DNA of 64,000 nt from Chrysomallon squamiferum (lineage: Eukaryota; Animalia; Mollusca): NCBI GenBank assembly GCA_012295275.1, contig CM022671.1, positions 19,778,001-19,842,000 of the forward strand, in the 5' to 3' direction. A model generated the notes under the pieces. The model was not told the origin of the DNA. It ran no database searches and saw only the letters and a list, made by a program, of their open reading frames with translations. The translations under genes were made by a program, and so were the position numbers. Of this stretch, positions 39,284 through 64,000 are shown one piece after another; positions within the stretch are counted from its first letter, which is position 1, and each line of letters opens with the position of its first letter.

Positions 39284-39321
<38 letters not shown>
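39271..39321. repeat. (TG)n microsatellite
   Basis: Directly visible; abuts the transposon right end. Confidence 0.97.
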
Positions 39322-39324
<3 letters not shown>

Positions 39325-42110
39325 AACACATAATTTTTTTAATTATTTTTGCATCCAAAAATTACAAAATATTATTCAGACAGAATTTGTTGCAGATAAT
39401 TTTCTAACCATCTGTTATAAATTACAAAAATGTGATCTTAAACAATTTCCCCATCATATATGAATTTTGGTATAATTATATGGAAGTTCTCGTACAACTA
39501 CCATCTTTTGAATTATAGTCATTATTCCAGAACAACTTAAAAATCAGATCTTTTAAAATTGAATTATATTTTCAAGATACAGTAATTAGAAAGAGAAGGA
39601 ATGTTAATTAAAATATTCCTGTCTTAAAAAGAGAAAGCAATAAACCTGACCTCTTGTAACCTCTTTATGGCACATTTAGTATTTCTCAGAACTCCAAAAT
39701 AAACTTTTCCAAAAGCTCCTTCGCCAAGCTTCCGGGTAACATCAAAGTTATTAGTAGCCTCAGATAATTCTCTAAAGGAAAACACTGGGGTTCCAACAGT
39801 AACAGCAATGACGTTCTTGTTGTCAGCTGTTAATGGCTTCATGCTGCTGACTTCTTTAAGATTGCCTGAATCTGGAGCAGAAGTTAAACTCTGAATATTT
39901 CCCTGATAGGAACTGGTAGAAGTTGATGTTTCAAATGAATTTACAGGCTTGCCTGATGACATTTGAAAACTCTTGCTACTGGGCACAGAAATATTGTCTG
40001 AGAAGGAACCAGCTTTGTCTGAAGATGATGATGAAGAATTGCTTGGAAGTTGTTCTGAATCCTCTTGAGGCTCTCTCTTCTTATCACTAATGCTGTCATT
40101 TGGCTGGAATCCTGGAATAACTTTGTCATGCAGCTGTTTCTGACCATCTGCTGTCTGTGTGTATATTTTGGCTGGCTTTGTCTTTGGATTATTGAAGTTC
40201 ACATCGTTTGATCTTTTTGTCAAAAGTGGTCCAGGAAGACCTGAAAAATAATCACACACATTTTGAACATTAACTGTCCTATAATACTAACATAATGCTA
40301 AATAGCAAGAGGACTGATTTTGTAAGTCATTAAATTAAGTTCTGAAAATCATGATTAACTAATATAAAAATATCACATAGTACCAGCAAGTCATCTAACC
40401 TTTATTCAGAATGCCCCAGGACAAATCTTTAATACTGTACAGGATATATTGATATAGACAATTTTTAAAATATAAATATTAAATTAAATATTACTTCACA
40501 CACTCAGTGAAAAAAAATCAACTATTCCACATTTAGGCCTTTTGATATTTGTGAGCTGTTGACCTTTACTCAAAAATAAAGAATTTGGTTACTGAATGAA
40601 GAATTCTTGCTGGAAAATCTACAATCAAATTAATTCATAAAAATAAACATAAAAAATCTGCAATCCAATCATTAACATATTTTGTCAAACAATGTCACTC
40701 TAATTAAAAGAAGTGTTTTAAAACCTGTCATTTTCATGTCCTGTGGAAAGTTCTCTCTGGATGTCGTGGATAACAGTGATTTTTCTTCTTTTTCTGAATT
40801 TGGAATTTTAATTTCTTTGGTGTTTTTAACTGAAAGAATCAAAATCAAAGAATAATAATAATTTTCATCAAAACAAGACTAATATCTCTTTTTTTTTCTT
40901 TTTCTTATAACAATATATAAACACAGTTCCAATTTTTATAATAAAATTTGATAGCATATAAAATAAGACCTGTGGAAAAAACAGACAAACAAAATCAATT
41001 GAATTATTTCATTTACATCATTAAAGTTAAGTGTATTTTCATATCGTTATCATTATTAGAAAAAATGATAACCAAGACAGCATATATAATTATGATTTGA
41101 TATTCAATAATTGTGCTGAGACACAACAGCTTGTTGTTTTAATCATCTTGTAAACATTTATCAAACATATTTCATGCCTTATGTTACAGTCAGCATATTA
41201 ATACTAATAATAACAATAACAATAATAATAATAATAAAAGATTACATGATTTAAAGTAACATCATAGATTTTGATATAGATATTCCAGTTTACTGGAAAG
41301 TTAATGTATAAATAATTCACTGTTGCTGCCTGGTTAAAATAAATAAAAGCAAAAGCAGGGGTGACAGCATATTTCCTGTCTTATAATCATTATCCATCTC
41401 TTAACGTCTAACACATTAACATTTAGCATTAAAATCTACTGATTTGTGTTATCTGATAATTTTTTGATTCAAATCAATTCCATATTCATGTAAGGTTCTT
41501 ATTAGTATCCTAGTATAATAAAAGTTTATTATACATAGGCATTTTTTTGTATAAAACTTACTATAATTTTCAATTATTTTCATTTCTCTCAAACGGCCAA
41601 TATTCTGAAATTTGAGATAAAGCTCCCTCAGAGTTGTATTCCGACTGCCAAGATCTGATAAAAGAGCCCTTGTTTGGCTGCCTTCGTAACGATGATATTC
41701 AAGTTCAAATATCTTTATTTTGTCAAAACTATATCCAGCTTCTCCAGCTAAAAATAATGAAACATTAATTAGATTTATGTGTGTGTGTGTGTGTGTCTGT
41801 ATAAGCAGATAAATACATAGATAGATACATAAATAGATAAAAAGATAGACACGTATACAGATATAATTATATATACAGATTTATGGATATATTGATAAAG
41901 ATATATAATTATCTACACAATACTAATCATGAATAAATAAATAAATAAATAAATAAATAATACATGTAATAACTTCTTTTTTTTTTATTACAGAAAGATA
42001 AAAAACAATAATTAACAAATTACTGAACAGAATGATTTCATTAATATGGCCACTTTTGATGCCAATCTAATATTTATGACATTGTGACAGTAAAATTATA
42101 ATTTGATGTT

Positions 42111-42112
<2 letters not shown>

Positions 42113-42165
<53 letters not shown>
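42113..42165. repeat. (GT)n(GA)n compound microsatellite
   Basis: Directly visible. Confidence 0.95.
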
Positions 42166-43905
42166 CATATTTTTTGGAATATACAATCTATGTAACTATT
42201 AATATGTATAATTAGTGTGTGTATCAGTTTATACATGTTTACTATGCTAAACTGAAAGCAATCTTACAATAACAACAACAAAACAACAACAACATTAATA
42301 ATAGTAACTACTACAGTAAAATCAATAGCAATAACAATAATGATAATATAATTAACAAACGTATCATCACATGAACCTGTACTTCAAAAAAGGTGTTTTA
42401 GCTTTTAAAATAAAACTTCATATTAATCTGTTAATCAAAATATATCAGCATTACATACTCCTGGCCTTCTTCGTTCAGAAAATGTTGTTAGATTTTCATG
42501 AAGTTCGTTCAAAATTAACTGCGTTGAAACTGTTAATGAGTATCTTTTTTAAACAATTAAAAAGTATTACACTGTATATCAATTTTTAAAATAAGAAGTA
42601 TTACATTGCGTATCAGTGTTTTTACAATTAAATCGTATTACATCAATATAATTTTAAACAGAATTACATTGTATTTGATGAAACTAATGAAAACTCGGTG
42701 GATAATGAAATATTTTCTATTTAATTTATGTTACGTCTTGATTGACTATGTTTTATTTGACAAAACAAGGATGTTTCCTTTTTCCTTCTTCCGTTCAGCT
42801 GTGTAATTTGTGTACTGTGTATTAGTTCTCATTCTTTTCGGTATGTGTAATCATGGCCGTAACTACATTGAGGTAAATGAAGCAAATGATTTTAAAAAGA
42901 AACAACAACAACAACAACAAAAAAAAAAATACAAGTTGTATACAAAATTTTTATTTAAAAAATATAAAATATAAATTTCTATTCCGAGTATTTTATGCAA
43001 ATATAGTTATTTTATTTATTTATTAATTTTAAATTGTTGGTTTTATGGGGCGGGGTGTTTCATTTTTGTTTGTTCCACGAGTGGTACAAGACACCCTCGC
43101 CACTACTGTGAGTCAAGATTCAATGCACATGTTTACTTATAAATTCATTTGGTTAAAGTGTTACCGATCTCGGTTATTTCTCTCCGAGTGGGTGCGTGTT
43201 TGGTTGCGACACAATTATTATGACACATGAAATTTTCGAGATGAAATGAGTTTCTTTCTTTAAAAACACCAAAAACCATCAATCGATAAAAATTAGATAG
43301 GGATAGGGTACGTCTATTTCCGTTTATTATAGATAAACATTTCCAAATATCAAGATTAAATTAAATCTCTTTTTGAACTCCATTTTAATTACCGTAAGTA
43401 ATAACAATAGCAACAACATAATGGCAGACGTAAGGTCGTAACAAGCATTTATTTCGGAACTATTCCAATAGACTTAACTCATAAAAAGAATGGATCAAAG
43501 ACTCAGATGTTTAATACATACTAACTGAAAATACCCCCCCCCCACCGCACATTAAACTTTGTGACTTTTGTTATGTAGACCAAAACGAGCACAATTCGTA
43601 TCCACGTTCCATTCATGGGAAATTATATCCAAGTTCCTTTCATCTTTAAATCGTATATGCACAGACACGTTTTCAACATTCCTGGTCAAGCCCATTGTAT
43701 ACACACTAAGCACATGTATAAATATGAATAATTTTAACTTCTATCGTCAGTTTTAATGATTAAAACAAAATAAAAGAAGAAAAAAGATATAATGCATGAA
43801 AATTGTAATAGATATAGAAATAAAATAAAATAAATAAATAAACATAAAAAAAAAGAAAAAAAGAAAGAAAAGTAGAGTGCTTCATTCATTTAACATATAT
43901 TCAGT

Positions 43906-43947
<42 letters not shown>

Positions 43948-46900
43948 TTGCTATTCACGTGTCAAAGTGAAGAAGAACAATGTTAGCTCCCAACAATTCT
44001 ATTATTTGATACTTTATTATAAGGAAACTGTATTCAACATGAAGTAATAAAAATATTATATACAGTATAATAAAAATTATAATTTAAGTTTTTATTCATA
44101 CTTCCAAAAAAACACTTTAGTGATAAAACAACAGTGGAAAAAAAATAAATAATAAATAAGTAACAGAAGAAAAAAAATGAGCTAGAAACACTTTTTAGTA
44201 ACAACAGTTAACACAAATTATATTCACTGAAACTTTATTTGAGTTAATGGACAGGTTATAATCAATACAAACATATATGAACAAACAGATTTAGAAAAGA
44301 AAAATGCATGCACTTTCTACTTGTATACCTGCCGAAAAGCAAGCTATTTAAACAGTATATATATCATCATGTAATAAATTACTGAAATTTATAATATTCA
44401 CTTGAAATTATTCAATGTGTCAGATATAAATAAATCACACGGCATTCACACTTGGTATTACAAAGCAATCACCTAGGTATTTACATACTTACATGTTGAC
44501 AAATTAAATTTATAAATATCACAATGGCTTCTTCAAAACAAACCAAATTCATTACTGCAATTTATTTAATTTTTCCTGTAATTATTTTTGAATTTATGTA
44601 TCAAAAGTAGTCCCTATTTTCATAGAAATAATAAAGAAAATGAAAACAATGATAATGATACTGATGATAATAAGGAGGATCAGTGAAAACAATAAATACC
44701 CCCTAAAAGAAAAGAATAAAAATAATAATAATAAAAAGAATAATGATAATAAAAAAAAGAAGAAAAATAAAAGAAGAATTATTATCAATATTTTTTTCAG
44801 TTTCTGATATGCTTAATCTAGAATAAAACTGTTGTCTGTCTAACATAGGACTGCAGTAGGAAAATACCATTTCACAAAATATATTTCTTGTAATGCAAGA
44901 TGCAGGTGTAAAACTATTTTACATAAATAACTTGGTGTGATATTGTACAATAAAACAGTTAACAACTTCACAGGCAAACATGGTGCTTTAAAACTGGATA
45001 TTTTTTTTTTCTTTCTGGGCATGAAATCCTTTTTAGGATAAACTCTGTGATGGCTTGAACAGTTCACTGTCAGAAAAAACTATATCAATACAAAGAAAGT
45101 AGCTAAAGATACCAAGTAATGTGAAATAGAGGTTAAGTATTATAATATATTCTCAAAGAAATTATGTAAATTTTAAGGAGACAGTAATGTAATGGCATCT
45201 AATGATTTGGAAAAACCTTCAGCATACCATGACTTTCGTAGTCTACAAATATTTTTTAAATGGTATTTAATGTTTTAATAAATAATTCAAGTATTTCATG
45301 TTCTAATGGAAGTCACACCTTTGTTGTCAGGTAACAATTTTTATGTATAAATCAAATTGACATTTGGTTTTTTTCCTGTAGACATTTGAATTTTCTCTCC
45401 ATATTATGGGCTGTTATAATTTCCAACTAGTATACTGATATTAATGAGTAAAATAAAAATAGATGGAACTCTAGCATTTAATTAATAATGGCCTTAAATA
45501 GTCTGTATGTAAAGGGAAGCTGTATATTATTTAATTCGAGACTCTAATGTCCTCCCGAAATCCATTTATATATAAATCTTATAAGACATCTGAACTTTTG
45601 TTTCAACAGGATAAAATCAATTTCGTAACTCTTTTCCCCTGTAAACTAAGGATACACAGTTTTTTCTTTGCATAAACTAAAATTATACAGGGTCTGTCAT
45701 AATGTTAACACCTTACTTTAAATAACAAACATAAACCCTGATATAATTATTGGGACCAACATAAATCAAAACTAGCAGGGCATTTTTATTTTTTTTTATT
45801 AACCACCCTCCTGTAAAAAGAATAAAGAAACAATGGTGTATCATTTTTGGCAACCACACATTTCATATTGTTCATGATGTATGGTGTAATAACAATAACA
45901 GACACTGGTTGTGAGTGAAAAACCAAAAAGAGATATATTAATAAACGTTTTTTGTTTTTTTTAAATAAACAAGCCACTAAAATTTTGTCAACAGTAAGTG
46001 CAAAATTTCCCCTTTGTTAGTTCTCTAATGAAGTTATAGCATCCATAGTTTACAATTGTCTGGTGTGAAGTAAAAATATTTGTTCAATTTCACCACTGAC
46101 TAAAGTCATGCTTTTGGTAAACACCGAACAAGCTACCACAACTTCAGTTACTTGATATGATAAAACCAATACATGGAAAATGGATTGTTTTGATTAATTT
46201 GTATTTCTGATGATGAAAATGAAATAATTGCTTTTTTTATTTTTTATTTTATTAACCATGAAGTGCTAAAATGTGACTTATATAATTAAACTGCAGTTAG
46301 AAGCTCACATTTTCTGGAATCTTAGGGCTGATTAAATATAATAATTTAATGTTAGTACTTTTGAACATCTGCAAAACAAGTACAATGGTTAACTGTTTAT
46401 CATTTTTGTAAAATAAATATCTACATATTAGGAATACACTGACAAATTATTATTATTACTACCTTTGGTTGGTGATTTCATTCATAGTTTATTGAAAATG
46501 TGGAATCACTCTGAATACACACTAACCTAGAAAACAATGTGTGCATATAAATAAGTTGCAGAATTTATAGCATGCCTTTCTTCCTCACACAAAACAGAGA
46601 GACACACATAACAGATCTTCTCAGATGTCTGTGTGAAAAGTTCAACATCCAGTAAACAAAAATAATAAGTCTAACAAAATGCCATCCAAAAATAAGAAAT
46701 AATTACCACAATTCCTTTTTTTTTTTTTTTTTTAATGTCAGTTCTGTTATATATAGTTTGGTTTTCAGATTTGTTATCAATTTTTAAACTGTACACACAC
46801 AATGTCCAGGTTCAGTTAAATGGAGTGGACACAACAAGAGAAAACAAAAATCTGAAATCAAACAGAAGAACAGACACAAAACTAGTCAAGGTCTTTATAC

Positions 46901-47086
46901 CATTCAAAATACCAGTAAGTTGTCAAGACATTTTTTTTTTTTTCAAATGGATATACCAGAGAAAAAAAATCAGCTGCAAAGTAAAGAATTGTGTGAAATT
47001 AAAACTTTTAGCCTAAAAACACCTAGTTTTTAAGAAATGAAGAAAAGTTACATCACACTAGAGTCTAGTACTACCCATATTCAGTA

Positions 47087-60884
<13,798 letters not shown>

Positions 60885-60893
<9 letters not shown>

Positions 60894-61010
60894 TTTCGTT
60901 GAACGATATCTTTTTCATTAGCAAGTTGCAACAGTTGATCCGATTGGACCAAGTAATAATGACGTTATCACAATCCCATGAAATGTGTAATTGCTTTGTT
61001 CATTGGCAAA
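60885..61010 (-). promoter_or_regulatory. Putative USP15 housekeeping promoter/5' end
   Basis: Locally CpG-richer. YY1-type AAAATGGCGG overlaps the ATG (60887-60896), CCAAT boxes on the minus strand at 60943-47 and 61002-06, CRE-like TGACGT at 60960-65. Confidence 0.45.
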
Positions 61011-62960
61011 TATGTAAATGTACCACGCCTTTTAAAGTGTCTGTGTTTCTTGTTTCATTTTTAAACTATTTTTTTAATATTTATTTATACTGGTTCTAAG
61101 CAGACTTATGATATCCTCATTACTGCTGTACATATTTTATTTTAACATAAGTTTACATTTTTTTTTCATTTTTAATCTGATTGAAAAATGATTCACTCAA
61201 AACTTTAAAACATTAATTGGTAGAAATTTATGATTATTTTGCAAACCTAGATTTATTTGATTAAATCATTTATTATTTTATAAAACAATAAATTATCCCT
61301 TGAAATGTAACGTTAACAGATATGAAAATTATATATGTTTTAACTTATGAAACAACAGATAACAATATATTTAATTTATTATCTAACCATACATGTGCAT
61401 GAGAAAAAGATAAATTTATATCTAAACAATAACCTAATGCTAATAATAATTTACTTTAATTTGTATATTAAATCCCAATAATTGTTAAATTACTAATTTA
61501 GTAATACTGAAATTTTACTTCATTCTGTAAGCAGTTTTAAAATAATAATTTAAACACAAATAAACTGCTATTTATATTTTAAATAAATATATATGTTTCA
61601 TAATCTGTTGATTAAAAGCACTAACACTATTAGTAACAGTAGAAAGAGATTAAATGAAAGGAACTAGATTATCAAGAGAAACTGCAGATTTTGTAGCCTG
61701 ATAATAATTAACTTTGTCATCCCAATTATTATTTTGCCTGTAGAAAATACATTTTGATAAAAATTATATACTAATATAATGAGCTATGTTAGCATCGTCA
61801 TCCATCTTAGAAGATGCAGTCCAATGATGGTTTCTTTTCTAAGTTGATTAGCATGATAACCATAATTTTGATTGCTAACACCTCAGAAGTATCTTAGCAA
61901 GCAGGGTAAAAACTCTTAATTATATAAAATAATAACCTGTGCAGATAATTTTAACTTGACTGCTACTGTAAGTTTAAAATATTATTTAGATTGATAGCAA
62001 GTAAGTCAGCTTATAATAGTGAACTTAACATTTCTAAAAATGGAAAACTAATAAGTTTTATCATGGGGAAAAAAGTCATTAAAGAATTAGAATAAAACAT
62101 GTCTGTAGAAATCCCTTGAATCTATATGCAAAGCAAATTGTTCATATTATACCAACATATTATACATGCAATCAGTTTTAAGTAAAATAACAGACACTGA
62201 ATTTAAAATATATTTTTAATTCATGTACACGCTATCTGCAGGAAAAACCATGTATATAAGGATTGAAGAAACCAGAAGCATTCTGACACTATACCATGAA
62301 CACAAAATGGAATCACAACTAACAACATTAAAAAGTAATATCTAACATTCAGTTTCCAAGCTTTAATATAGTGTTTAAAAACATATTATTTCAAAATAAA
62401 TATATCTTGCATCGTTGATAAAGAAATAAATAACTAGCCTAAACAAATAAAAATGCAATATTTAAAAAAATTTAAAAATCCAACAAGCATTCCATACTGA
62501 CACCATAATCAACACAGGTAAAGATGATACAGTATGTTATTCTTTTACAAATAACACATTTTACTCATGCATGGCAAATGTGTTGTTCTCAGCACCAAAA
62601 TTCTTGATTTAATATAAATATTTGTTAGCTTTACAAAATCTCACCATACTTAAGACAGCAGTGAATCTGGGGAAGAAGTCAGTAATAAAATTGTGTTCTT
62701 TATGATGTCTCATTCACTGCTTTTTATAAACAGCAGAAAATACATTTTCTGACTAATTGTAATTGGATAGGTTGTTAGAGTCCCTTTCTAAACAGATGCT
62801 TTTAATGAATATTCAAAAATAATTCAAATGTTATTTTTAACAGGAGTTCTTAGAATATTGTTTCAAAGATTGGTTATTTTTCAAATGACATTGTAAAAAC
62901 AAATCTTTACTATAGCTGTTTTCTTAAATGACAACAATGACAGAAAACCCTCTAATTATT

Positions 62961-64000
62961 TATAAATATTTGTTATCACTCAACATTAAAACAAACTAAA
63001 ATTCAATGGTTCATGAATTGTTTTTCATGCTGTAGTTGAGGTGTGTTTGAAGACAATCTCTTCATTAACAACAAACATAAAACAAATGTATGTATTTTTT
63101 TCTTCTTATTCCATTATAATTACAATTTTTTGGCACACATTCAACACTATTTTTTAATATAAAATACAAAAAGAAAAACAAAATTACATTTATGATATAT
63201 ATATATGAAAGCCACAGATACCAATCTATTATAATATGAACCTTCTTGTGTTATACTCAAAATACCAGAATTCAATATAATCGTCTTAATTTGGCTGTAA
63301 ATGTTTAAACACCTTCAGAAATGTATACAGTCAGAATGAACTAGTATTTGATCAGACCAATATTTATGATTGATATTAAAACAGACACTGTATCAATTCT
63401 TTACTTCATTAATCTTTTTTCATTTTATTTACTCTGCATGTGCATTTGTTTATATATATTTCAATTGTTAATATTGGAACATTTACATGATATCTGGGGA
63501 CATCAGAAAAGTAATTACTAATGTTCCAAAGATTAAAATGTAAAAAAAAAAAATAAAGGTAAAAAAATAAAAATTAATTTTTAAAAGCATAGTCAAAATT
63601 AAATTTTAACACACACTACAGTATCATCTACCTTTTTTCCTCTGACAGCTATTTAAATAGATATATAAAATTTTTAAAATTTAAATACTCAAACAAAAGC
63701 AAAAAATTAATAAATAAACAAAAAACTGTAACAAAACAACAAGAACACCAATTCTAATAACAAAACTACCAAAACTGTTTAATATTGATAAAAAGTGTCC
63801 AATAATTCAAATTGGCTAAAAAGAAACATGTATTTTCTCATAATATTAAGAAAATAGAATCAGTGACATTATTGTCAAGATTTTTTTTACTGGTGCCACA
63901 TAATTTCTCGTATTTCTTTAGCTGGTAACAAAAAATTTAGATTCTTATTTTCTTTTTCTGAACTGAAATTTCACTTATTATCTGTTCTCAATACAGTGAA
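62961..64000 (-). other. 3' UTR/flank of a second (probably parental) RNF123 locus lying just beyond the window
   Basis: Same sequence as the region 1-2 kb downstream of the RNF123 pseudogene stop. By collinearity the parental stop codon would fall about 1 kb past 64000. Confidence 0.7.

Larger units (their letters stand above)
35472..41747 (-). pseudogene. IRAK1: Pelle/IRAK1-like death-domain Ser/Thr kinase (non-RD), probably disabled copy
   Basis: Exons 41747-41562 (death-domain C-half, ..EGSQTRALLSDLGSRNTTLRELY), 40829-40725, 40240-39651 (FSFRELSEATNNF..LGEGAFGKVY..AIKRL), 38411-38344, 37905-37791 (CLVYQYMGNGSLEDRL), 37235-37117 (LIHGDIKS), 36706-36493 (ANILLD..KIGDLG..GTKAYFAPE..KSDVYAFGV), 36183-36118, 35670-35472. 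The last exon is out of frame (TAA at 35622-35620) and no first coding exon was found. Family identity is certain; pseudogene status is less so. Confidence 0.7.

Noticed and set aside
43552-43695. Short minus-strand ORF (MGLTRNVENV..) as the missing IRAK first exon
   Set aside because: No death-domain similarity and no suitable phase-1 donor.

Overview
AT-rich, intron-rich animal genomic DNA (mollusc-like), with a 200-N scaffold gap at 12116-12315. The only gene that reads intact is a 22-exon USP15/USP4/USP11-family deubiquitinase on the minus strand (ATG 60893 to stop 47087, about 968 aa). It carries two tandem homologous, frame-incompatible versions of exon 4, which encodes the DUSP-UBL 'DU finger'; these are apparent mutually exclusive exons and the most interesting biological signal here. 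The rest is a mosaic of decaying, intron-retaining duplicates: (1) an inverted second USP15 copy (1-12115) with substitutions at conserved residues and a premature stop; (2) a 5'-truncated RNF123/KPC1 pseudogene whose 3' flank recurs at 62961-64000; (3) a doubly truncated, frameshifted EEA1 fragment with internal exon-module duplications; (4) a Pelle/IRAK1-like kinase with a last-exon frameshift and no detectable first coding exon. A Tigger/pogo DNA-transposon remnant, faint SINE remnants and many microsatellites are also present. Exons and translations were derived by hand, and homology calls come from remembered motifs, not database searches.
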